DNA of 63,791 bases, counting the filler, from Choristocarpus tenellus KU-1152 (lineage: Eukaryota > Protista > Phaeophyceae), in assembly GCA_964200185.2 (NCBI GenBank). It is 11 parts of 11 records of this genome, joined end to end, with 100 filler letters (N's around TTAATTAATTAA, not from the genome) between each part and the next. Parts side by side here need not be neighbours in the genome. Positions count along the whole stretch, not along the records: positions 1 to 8,568 come from CAXNAD020004578.1; positions 8,669 to 12,633 come from CAXNAD020016892.1; 9 more parts are not named here. The stretch is one strand, 5' to 3'. Of this stretch, positions 1 to 9,321 are shown piece after piece (positions within the stretch are counted from its first letter, which is position 1; every line of letters starts with the position of its first letter). The notes under the pieces were generated by a model. That model was given only the letters and a program-made list of their open reading frames with translations. It ran no database searches and was not told where the DNA came from. A program made the translations under genes and the position numbers.

Positions 1-1020
1 CGCGCGCCCTTGGTCCGACCGCGTGGTGGGGCCCTGAGTTAGGAAGTCGCGGACCCAAAGTAGCTGGGGGGGGGGGGGAGAGTCTACACCAGGGTGTCTA
101 TTTGGTCCAAAATCAGGAAAAGTGCATATACATTATCCGTTCGACGTATGCAACCAAATCACACAAAAATCGCGACATGAAAAAAGTGATCCCAAATGGA
201 CAGCCGCCACCCCCCCCCCCAGATACTTTGAGCCCTCTCTTCCATTTACTCGCAGTTTCTGACGACCTGACCATCACATATCCTACTGCCATCTCGTGCA
301 TCGTTTGACATTCCTTCACGTCGTTCATACACAGGTACAGGATTCGCAGCGTTAGAACTTTTACTATCACATTTCCTCATTGATTGCCAGAGATGGGCGT
401 CGTCTGTGTTTCCTATGCGGGTGATGTTTTATCATCAAGGGGTAAGGGCGAGGGAGGACAGGGTTGAGTTGATCGAGAAGTGTGTTGACTTCTCAAATGA
501 ATGCAGGCGGGGAGAAATCCTTAACAACTTTATACGTCCAACCCTAAGTACAGGAACAAAAGTTAATGTTAGGCATGCATCTTGCAATACCTTTCACACC
601 ACACCACCAGCAAATAGTCTCAATCTCACCTCCTCTTATTCCCTGGCGTCCTCATCGATGGCTACCTCCACCTGTTTCGCGACCTCCTCGAAGTAAAAGA
701 TTTGGTGGTAGCGAAACGTTTCCGCAGCTACCTTTGTTACGATCGCTTTCTCCTCCGCCTTACAATCCCTTTCGACCTTCTTTCAGGCTTCAGAGCCGTA
801 CTCCAACCCTAATACCTTCTTTCTCGTTTCTTTAAGTCACTCCGACTCGCATAGCTTCCAAACAGTCAGGGCCTGCTGTAACTGTTGACTGCTAAGATAT
901 TCTACACCCGGGGTTTCGCTTAGGCGTTTCCTGAGTGCAATGGCACGCAGTTGCACTGCTCTCCTCCCCAACCTTCCCTCCGGTCGGCCACCCTGGTTCT
1001 CCCTTCGTCCGTTGTGACCA
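1..1020 (-). mobile_element. Degenerate DNA-transposon-like repeat F, copy 1 (coding relic on minus strand)
   Basis: 235-400 and 775-1020 align by eye with 2612-2770 and 2775-3022. Minus-strand reading with stops and a frameshift: GGRPEGRLGRRAVQLRAIALRKRLSETPGVEYLSSQQLQQALTVWKLCESE*...KVAAETFRYHQIFYFEEVAKQVEVAIDEDARE*. Interrupted by MITE A (52-234) and ends at MITE B (1021). Confidence 0.65.
52..234 (+). mobile_element. MITE family A (~180 bp, poly-G/poly-C just inside the TIRs), full copy
   Basis: GACCCAAAGTA(G/T)CT-G(n)...C(n)-AGATACTTTGAGCC with inner inverted GTCYATTTGG/CCAAATGGAC. The empty site is visible in the paralogous host at ~2605-2620 (aggaagtctctcttcc). Other copies or ends: 8669-8685, 9707-9877(-), 12759-12924, 18222-18311, 25180-25209, 25382-25406, 34546-34627, 39462-39555, 45906-46089, 51487-51533, 54960-55031, 60701-60748. 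Confidence 0.9.
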
Positions 1021-1253
1021 GAATGAAAGTGTTTTAGAGGGTATGAGTTTTGCCCTGTTTGTCCATTTGGGGCTTGGATCCCATTGGGTTTTTTATTACA
1101 TTTTCCTACTCCAATAAGTTATGAAAAGGTGCGTCCGAAACATAGATGTTGACACTTCCTAACAAATATGATAACCAAAATTACATCAAAATCACAACAT
1201 TGGATTTTGAACCCCAAATGGACGCAACTCTACCCTCTACGATACTTTGGTTC
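1021..1253 (-). mobile_element. MITE family B copy (internally shortened)
   Basis: Ends GAATGAAAGTGTTTTAGAGGGTA...TACCCTCTACGATACTTTGGTTC. Flanks ACCA / CAAG are not a target duplication. Confidence 0.9.
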
Positions 1254-2559
1254 CAAGGGCACCTCGATGGGGCACATCCTTGGTTGGGAGTCTTGCAACA
1301 CAGTCCTCATCCTGATCCAATTATGCTGATTATCCATGAACTCTTCGTCTCAGCTTTTGTCAGAATCGACATGGACTCTTGGTCCCATCTCTTGTCTGAA
1401 CCACCATGGATTATTGGGTCCAGTTCTGGTCAGAATCTCCCCTGGATTATTTTGCACTGTCTTTGATCCTCTTGCTTGCAAACTGTTCCAATTAAGGTGA
1501 CAGACTTGAGGTGAACCTGTTTTGTTTCCTCTCTGTTCAGGTCTGTCTATATGCGTCTTATTAGTGTGGAGGTATGCGCATTGTCTTCATGAGGTTGCCT
1601 CGATCACCTATCTCGACTCGTTTCAATCTCTTCTTCGTCTTAATCCTGTCCTCTCCATCTCACCACTGTCCTATCAGCATGGCTCAGTGGCTGTTGTTGC
1701 CATCAACGTTCAGATATTCAAGACATTCATATTATATATTGTTGACAATGGCAAGATCCTGACTGGGTCTAACTGTTGTTTCCCTTGGCGAGACAGTGCT
1801 ATATGGATGTCTAAGAAAAAGAAGCCGAGATTGCACCAGGTACTTCTCACCCCAAACTGGGGATCAGGTTGATTCCCCGAGAAGTTCCTTGAGAGTATGG
1901 CAGAAGAATACAAAGGAGTCCGACCCGTCATTGTTATGCAGATTGAGTTCGGTGTCTGTATGGGGGCAAAGCCAACTAAAGGAGAATAAATATTGTATGA
2001 GATGGAAGGGGGGGTTCTGCTGTGATGTAAAAAAAAACTAACTTCAACCAACATCTGTTGTACTTGTATGTTTGAAAGACGTCGACTGTTTCATACTTGC
2101 TATGAACCATGCAATTGCAGCGGTGTTCCATGATGATCCTATAATCTACTATCAATGAGGTCAAAGAGGAGTAATGACCAGTACTGATGTGTGAATCAAC
2201 AGTCAGTATAGTGGTAGCAATAACTTAAGCGTCTGGGGTTGCCTCGTCATTAGCTTTGATGTAGACATCGAATTAAAAAAATAAAAGCATATTCGTGATG
2301 CCCCTCACAATGCCCTCCAGAGTACGGGCTTCGTTTTTGTTTTTGGTCATTTTTTCTTTTTTTGAAGAAAGACCGGTCATATCGGGGTTCGAACCCCGGC
2401 AAGTCAAGGTCACGAAGAGTGGACACAGATACACTATTACTTGATTAAAGTATAGGGTTTAGACAGGAAAAAAACCTCCCCACCCTTTCTTCCTGTGTGT
2501 TTGCGAACCCACTCTTTGACCTCGGGAAGGATACCCTAGTCGAGGCCCAGAACGAAACG

Positions 2560-3788
2560 CCTCTCGTCTCGCTCTTGCTCCGAGACCTTGATGTGGCCCT
2601 TGGTTAGGAAGTCTCTCTTCCATTTACTCACATTTTCCGACCTTACCATCGCATATCCTGCCCCTATCTCAAGCGCCGTTTGACCGTCTTTCCTGTCGTT
2701 CATACACAGGTACAGGATTCGCAGTGTTAGAGCCTTTACTGTCACATTTCCTCGTTGAGCGCCGGAAATGGGTTACCTTCTTTCGGGCTTCAGAGACCTT
2801 GTAGCCCAACCCTAACACCTTCTTTCTCGTTTCCTAAGCCACTCTGGCTCGCATAGCTTCCAAACAGCTAGGGCCTGCGGCAACTGTCGACTACTAAGAT
2901 ATTGTACACCCGGGTTTTCGCTTAGGCGTTTCCTGAGCCCAGTGGCACTCAGTCGCACTGCTCTCCTCCCCAACCTTTCCTTTGGGCGGTCACTCTGGTT
3001 CTTCCTTCGCCCGCTGTGAACAGGCTTCCCCACAGACTTCGTCACTGTACCACACCTGGTGATGGACTCGCTGCTCTCTTCCTGGTTTCCCGAGGCAACG
3101 GATACTGCAGAGCAGTGCTTCGACGTGGTTGAAAATACAACCATGCTTGTGTGGTAATGCTTTCAATGCATCTTCTCTCAGCGTCAGTATCACGGCCGCG
3201 TGGTCCATTGCACGATTTGATCATGCTGCTGCGTCACAGTACACACACTTTCTTGTCGCCTAACATCGCACCAAATGTTACATGTTACTTGTTTTTGGTC
3301 ACCTCTCAACAGAGAAGGTACCGAGGTTAGATCCAGGGGGCAGAGTGGCCTTGGCGGCTCTCCTTGTCTCACCATCGTGGTCCATGTTGCTGTGTGGGTC
3401 ACCCGTGTGTGTGTTCACAGAAAGTCTGCAAAAGGCGTTCAAAACATGTCTGGAAATCTTGATTTTTTTTCGGTACAGCCGTAACAGCCAAACTTGGGCA
3501 GGGACGTGTCCCGAACCAGGTTTCTGCAAGGAGTTAGTCAACCACTTTATTTTTGTCCGTTTTGAAATCGGGACCTTCAAAATTGCGCTGGAGATATTCC
3601 CCTGCGTTTTTTTCCCCATCATTTGATCGGGACATAGCTTCCGTTCCCCAAAGCCTGGACATTCGTGGATACAAACCTTCAAAAGCTCTTGTCATACCCT
3701 TTCATTATATATATATATATATTGTTGTATATCTGTTGCGGCTGCACGTGAAGAAATTCAAGATTACCACAGACCGCGAAGGTACTGG
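2560..3788 (-). mobile_element. Repeat F, copy 2 (about 370 bp internal deletion relative to copy 1, no MITE insertions)
   Basis: Colinear with 1-1020 and the reverse complement of 4947-5706. It provides the empty sites for both MITE insertions. Confidence 0.7.
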
Positions 3789-3860
3789 TACCATTTTATG
3801 AACTCGTAATACTGTATAGCATCAACACCACAAAAGATGGGTTGCCTATGTTTCAACAAG

Positions 3861-4118
3861 CCTTAAGGTCGTAAAGAGAGACCCTAAAGTCATGTAATCA
3901 AGCACAGGTCATTGATGCGACCCAGTGTTCACAGTAAGGCGACCTGAACCCTTTTGCACAACCTCAAGGTCGTAAGAGAGACTCTTAACACCGTGATCTG
4001 GAGTGCAGGTGATCAATGTGAACCCTTGTAGACAGTAAGGCGATCTGCAATCTCTTAATACAGTTTCAAGGTCATAGAAAGAGACCCTGAAGCCATGATC
4101 TGGAGTGCAGGTCACCTA
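3861..4118. repeat. Diverged ~101-bp tandem repeat, ~2.5 units
   Basis: Units begin at ~3861, ~3962 and ~4064 (aaggtc(g/a)ta..agagac...gatctggagtgcaggt...acagtaaggcga). Confidence 0.8.
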
Positions 4119-4309
4119 TGCAAACATGAGTGAATGCCCTCCCTCATGGTCTCAAGATCCATTCCTCGTTGGGGATGTGGCGTCTGAGATACAGATGCGA
4201 TGATGCAGATCCCTTCCCCCCAATTCGAGAGAAGTGGAGATGGACATGAGTCCAGTACATACTGAGGAGCTATCAAGAGTCCCATGTGATGAGCTGAAGA
4301 TTCTCTCCA

Positions 4310-4691
4310 GAGCCAAAGTATCTTAGAGCGTAGAGCTGCGCCTATTTGGGGGCTAAAATCCAATGTTGTGATATTGATATAATTTTGGCTATTATTATGT
4401 TTGTTAGGAAGTGTCAATATCTTTGTTGCAGACACACTTTTAAAAAACGTATACATTTTACCTGCTCCAAAATGTTTTTTTAAGTAGGTAAAATGTAATA
4501 AAAAACCCCATGGGAAGCCAAGCCCCGAACAGACAAACAGGGCAAAACTCGAAGATACTTTCACTCAACGTATACATTCTATCTACTCCTAAACGTTTTG
4601 AACTAGGAAAATGTAATTTTAAAAAAATGGGAAGCCAAGTCCTATATAGACAAACAAGTCAAAACTCGTAGCCTCTAAGATACTTTCACTC
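4310..4691 (+). mobile_element. MITE B full copy (4310-4566) plus tandem 3' half (4567-4691)
   Basis: GAGCCAAAGTATCTTAGAG...GATACTTTCACTC, with the right end present twice. The whole composite is flanked by TCCA / TCCA. Confidence 0.9.
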
Positions 4692-4946
4692 TCCAGTGCG
4701 AAGAGACAAAGTAGGATCTCCATGTTACAAACGCTCGGTAAGCTTGTAATGATAGAACATGTAGCTTCAAAGATGAGGTTCGTATAGGGCACCATAATGG
4801 AAATATCTGGATCTCTTCGATCATTTACGTTATTGATTTGATTGGGGTATACAGAAAGGACTGCCACAAATGGTATTACAAATGTATGGTCTGACAATGA
4901 ATATACAATAAATTGTCAAGAAATATATAAAATCTAAAGTGATCCT

Positions 4947-5706
4947 GGTACCTTACCCCTCTAGAGCAATCTTGCTGTTTTTCACTGTATTACCAGAAGA
5001 GTTATACAACAATATATATATCAAATCAAAGCTTATGACAAGAGCTTTTGACGGTTTGTATGCTGGAATGTACAAACTGTGCTGAACAGAACCTATGCGC
5101 CGATCAAATGATGGAAAAACACGAAGGAACATATCTGGCGAAACTTTGATGGTCGTAACTTTAAAAGGTACAAAGATGAAGTGGTTGGCTGAATTCCTCG
5201 CAAAACCTTGATGTGAGTTCGCCCGCTACCCAAATATGGTGGTTGTAGCAATACCGAAAAAAAGCAACATTTGCGGACATCTTTTTAGCTCCATTTGCAG
5301 AAAGCCTGTGAGCACACACACGGGTGACCCACACAGCAACATGGACCACGACAGTGAGACAAGGAGAGCCGCCGAGGCCACTCTGCCCCCTGGATCTATC
5401 CTCAGCACTTTCCCTGTCGAGAGGCAACAGAAAAACAAGCACTGTGTGACACTCAGTGCGATGTTAGGTGACGAGAAAGTGCATATACTGTGGCGCAGCA
5501 GCACGATCAAATCGCGCAATGGACCACGTGGCCGCGACACTGACGCTGAGAGAAGATGCCTTGAAAGCATTACCACACAAGCATGGTTGAGTTTTCAACC
5601 GCTGCGGAGTAGTGCTCCACAGTCTCTGCCAACTCGGGAAAACAGGAAGAGAGTGGCGAGTCCATCACCAGGTGGTACAGGGACGAAGTCTGTGGGGAAG
5701 CCTGGT
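4947..5706 (+). mobile_element. Repeat F, copy 3 (inverted relative to copy 2), truncated at MITE B
   Basis: Reverse complement of ~3020-3788. The translated relic TMVRQGEPPRPLCPLDL / SRNGPRGRDTDAERRC(I/L)ESITTQAWL is shared between the two copies. Confidence 0.75.
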
Positions 5707-5966
5707 GAGTCAAAGTATCTTAGAGGGTAGAGCCGTGTCCATATGAGGGTCAAATTCCAACATTGCAAATTCGATGTAATTTTGGCTATCGTATTTGTTC
5801 GGAAGAATCAATATCCTTGTTCCGGTCACACCTTTTCATAATGCATACATTGTACCTACTCCGAAAAAAATTGGAGTAGAAAAATGTCATAAAAAAACCC
5901 CATGGGAAGACAAGCCTCAAACGGACAAACAGGGTAAAACTCGTACCCTCTATGATACTTTCACTC
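5707..5966 (+). mobile_element. MITE B full copy
   Basis: GAGTCAAAGTATCTTAGAGGGTA...TACCCTCTATGATACTTTCACTC. Flanks TGGT / AACG are not a target duplication. Confidence 0.92.
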
Positions 5967-6343
5967 AACGCCAACTCCACAATCATCCAAGAAAAACCCC
6001 TTCATCACCCACTTCCATACCGTTCCTTTGAACTACAAGATATTTACCCCGTCCGAACTTGACCTCCCCCCCCGTTTCCCTAGCATCCCAGTCAGTCGTG
6101 AGCAATCGAAAGGGTGGGTTGGTGGGAAAGATTGCCAGGAGGTTTCCTTGTTCTAGTCCTATTCTTTTCCTGCTTGTCCTGTCCCACCAAACTCAAACTT
6201 TACCTTTTATTCTGTCCCTTCCCTTCCTACCTCTTCTGCTTCCTAGCCACCCAATACTTAACTATTTGTCCTTCTCATTATCTTCATTTTACCCTAATCA
6301 ACACTCCAGTCCCCTATAGTGTTGGCAGTAGCCTCTAAGATGA

Positions 6344-6655
6344 GACCAGTCTTGATTTTTTTGAAAGGTTTGCCTAACGAGTTAAACAAAGACGAGCATA
6401 TCAAATGAAAGCTCTAGATCTAAGCTATCACTGGTGCAAAGGAATGTTTTCGGAAACCTTTTGGTAAGGTTAAATTTCAGCCGAATGTTTTCGGAACAAC
6501 TTTGGAAATTTTCCGGAATTAATTATCTCGACCAAACATACTTTTCTGAAAGAATTCCTTTGGGCCAGTGATAGCTTCGAACCAGAGCGTTCATTTGATA
6601 TCCTCATTGTCGTTTAACTCGTTGAGCAACCCTTTAAAAAAAATCAAGATTGGTC
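6344..6655. mobile_element. Fold-back (long inverted repeat) MITE, family C
   Basis: GACCAGTCTTGATTTTTTTGAAAGGTTTGCCTAACGAGTTAAAC...ATATCAAATGAAAGCTCT... pairs with ...AGAGCGTTCATTTGATAT...GTTTAACTCGTTGAGCAACCCTTTAAAAAAAATCAAGATTGGTC over more than 100 bp. Confidence 0.85.
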
Positions 6656-7074
6656 ACCACCAAAACGGTACATGGGTGGACCTCGGCTTAATACTGATTA
6701 AGCCACTCCAGAGTAATTGTAGAGGGGTTCTGCAGGATGAGTATTGCTTACCTCCTGATATATTCCAACGAGAAAGGCATGGAGTGCATCAAATTGAGCA
6801 GGGTGTACAAGACATTTACATTTAAGAACACCTCATTTGACTTGACATGGATTGTCTGGTTCAGAGGCCTGACCCCCATGAGCCTTAGCCAGCAGGTGAC
6901 AACATCGCATGAACAGAAAACAATGGAAATAGAATGAAGAGACAACAACGCCCATGTTCTCCAGGTGAAGATGACCTATTCAGGGGTCAAAATCATCCTA
7001 AAATGCGCGAACGCGTGGTACACCCGCGCGAACTGCGCGCAGACTACTTGATTTAAGTATGATGCATGTAGATC

Positions 7075-7230
7075 TTTTCTGAATTGTGTCGAAAAGTCTC
7101 AAACAACAAAAAAATCAATGCTCTCAAAACAAACTTAGCACTTCATCCATAGAAACAGGGGTGAATTGCGTAAGTTTGAAAAACTGGCTTAAAATGCAAA
7201 ACGACCGAAACCTGAGTACCTCTCGACTCC
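7075..7230 (+). mobile_element. MITE family D, partial copy
   Basis: Matches 51958-52110 and the reverse complement of 23080-23232. Confidence 0.75.
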
Positions 7231-8478
7231 TCAGACCCTTGACAAAAACACTTTGCACTCGGTCCTGTATTTCTCACGATTACTGTAAGTTGATAAACCG
7301 AGACCCATCAAATAAGGTTAACCACGCTGATGTGATTACAATAACATGAAAAAAATTGTTGATCAGAAGCTATGGCACGACAAAGCTGATGCAGGAGGCT
7401 GTACACTTCCTCCCAGAATTATCCTGGTGACAAAACTCAGATTACTTCATAATTATCCACATTCTAATTATTGGTTTTGTGGAAGTTTCAAAGGTGCCAA
7501 GTTTTCTGCTCAAGGGGGCAATGACAATCACCGGAGTGAACTCTTCCACCACCGAGGGTGAGACCGAGTTTCAAAGGTCTTGGCCCAACATCTCAAAGTC
7601 AGTCGAGGGAATTCGGAACAGAACAAAAACCTCAAACACAACAGATGTCCCAGAATGACTGAGCAATGTCACAGCAGAGAAAAGGATCCAGTCAGAATCG
7701 GAATGGATCTTCATTCTGACAATCTATTTTGGCTGTTTGGTCAAATCTGGATCTTATGGGTGTGGTTGATTTATTGGACTGATTGGTATGGGTGAGTTCA
7801 AATGACGTGGTTAGCGCGCATAAATGTATATGACCGCGCGTCTTATGCACAAGTATGTGTGTCGGAGATCCCGAAAAAGGAACCTGTCCCTGACAGTTTT
7901 GGTTTTGCCTCGAAACATCTAGGAATGTCAAAGAAGACAAAATAATATATTCTTGTCATACATTTGTGCCAACAAATCTGAACCCTGTGTAAAACGCTGA
8001 TTCTTTTCCATAACTCCAACATACTCATACATATCTTTCCTTAGGAACAATAGAATAAGTGAATTATTCCTTCATTCCAACTTGACAAAAGGCAGTAATC
8101 CAATTTGGGTAGATGAACATTTTTATATTGCAACATGTCACGTTAGTCCAATTTTTGGGAGATGCATTTTTTCATATTGCATTAACATCCTATTATAGTT
8201 CAACAGAGGCATTTTTTCATATTACATTAACAGTCTATTATACTTCAACCTTGACGGAGGGACCAAGTCTTAACCTTGGGTACTTCGGTTACGATAGAAA
8301 TTCGGTCCATCGTGTGACCGCGATGTATAATTTCTCATCTATCATGACATCTAACATCCAAAAATGTGACTGCAAGACTTCAAATAACTTACTCAATAAT
8401 TGAATCGAAAGGTGGTCCTGACATAATTTCCTTTGCACAATATTGGAGGACAAAACTGGAGGATATATGAGGAAAGGG

Positions 8479-8568
8479 GCCGCGTCCGTTTGGGGGCCAA
8501 AATCCAATGTTGCGATTTTGATGTAGTTTTGGTTACCGTGTTTGTTCGGAAGTGTCAGTATCCTTGTT
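8479..8568 (+). mobile_element. MITE B 5' part, cut by contig end
   Basis: gccgcgtccgtttgggggccaaaatccaatgttgcgattttgatgta... Confidence 0.85.
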
Positions 8569-8668
8569 NNNNNNNNNNNNNNNNNNNNNNNNNNNNNNNN
8601 NNNNNNNNNNNNTTAATTAATTAANNNNNNNNNNNNNNNNNNNNNNNNNNNNNNNNNNNNNNNNNNNN
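8569..8668. other. Artificial contig-joining linker (44 N + TTAATTAATTAA + 44 N); first of 10
   Basis: Identical 100-bp spacer with stops in all six frames at 8569-8668, 12634-12733, 18312-18411, 25210-25309, 34628-34727, 39556-39655, 45777-45876, 51387-51486, 55032-55131, 60749-60848. Adjacency across linkers has no biological meaning. Confidence 0.98.
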
Positions 8669-8904
8669 CCGAGATACTTTGGGTCACAGGTAGGGGTCAT
8701 GGGTACACCTGCACATCCTCATTACACCACACGCTGTTTACAAGATCCTCCGGTAAACAGGTGTATACGCATTTTTTGTTTTGCACCCCACTCTTTCCCT
8801 AACCCTGTCCATCTTCCTCAAATACTGTGTATCTTTTCAGGACTTTCACCATATGCTCTTGCTGATGCCTCCCACCAGTGTTTGCAATCGAAGGATGGAC
8901 TTGT

Positions 8905-8978
8905 CAAGAAGTTATATCCATCTACTAGCAAGAAGTTAAATCCATCTACTAGCAAGAAGTTATATCCATATACTAGCA
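8905..8978. repeat. 24-bp minisatellite, 3 copies
   Basis: caagaagttatatccatctactag repeated three times with single substitutions. Confidence 0.9.
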
Positions 8979-9321
8979 CACTCCAAAAATGCCACAGAAA
9001 AAAACTCCTTGGGAAGGGGGGCTGCCGGACAAAACCAAGCGAGTGGCTGCGCAATATTGCTAACAGTCCAAGATGAAGTGTTTTGCATGGACTCTTGTAG
9101 GACGGCAAGCTCTTACACCTCACTGTCTTTCTTACCACACGATAAATCAGGCTACAGTTCTGTGCATTCACAACAGAAGACTCTTTTGACGATCAACAAT
9201 CAGTTGTGTTATGTTCTCTGCCATAACTCTATATTTCACTCTCCGCTACAAAAAATAAATAAATATACATATATATATATAATGTCAACTACTGAAAGAG
9301 TCAATTCCATTTGGGACTCAC

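Noticed and set aside
1146-1466. Recurrent peptides such as LTLPNKxDxQNYIKITTLDF (also 4112-4564, 5786-5986, 62374-62622)
   Set aside because: These are chance translations of MITE B, not a protein family.
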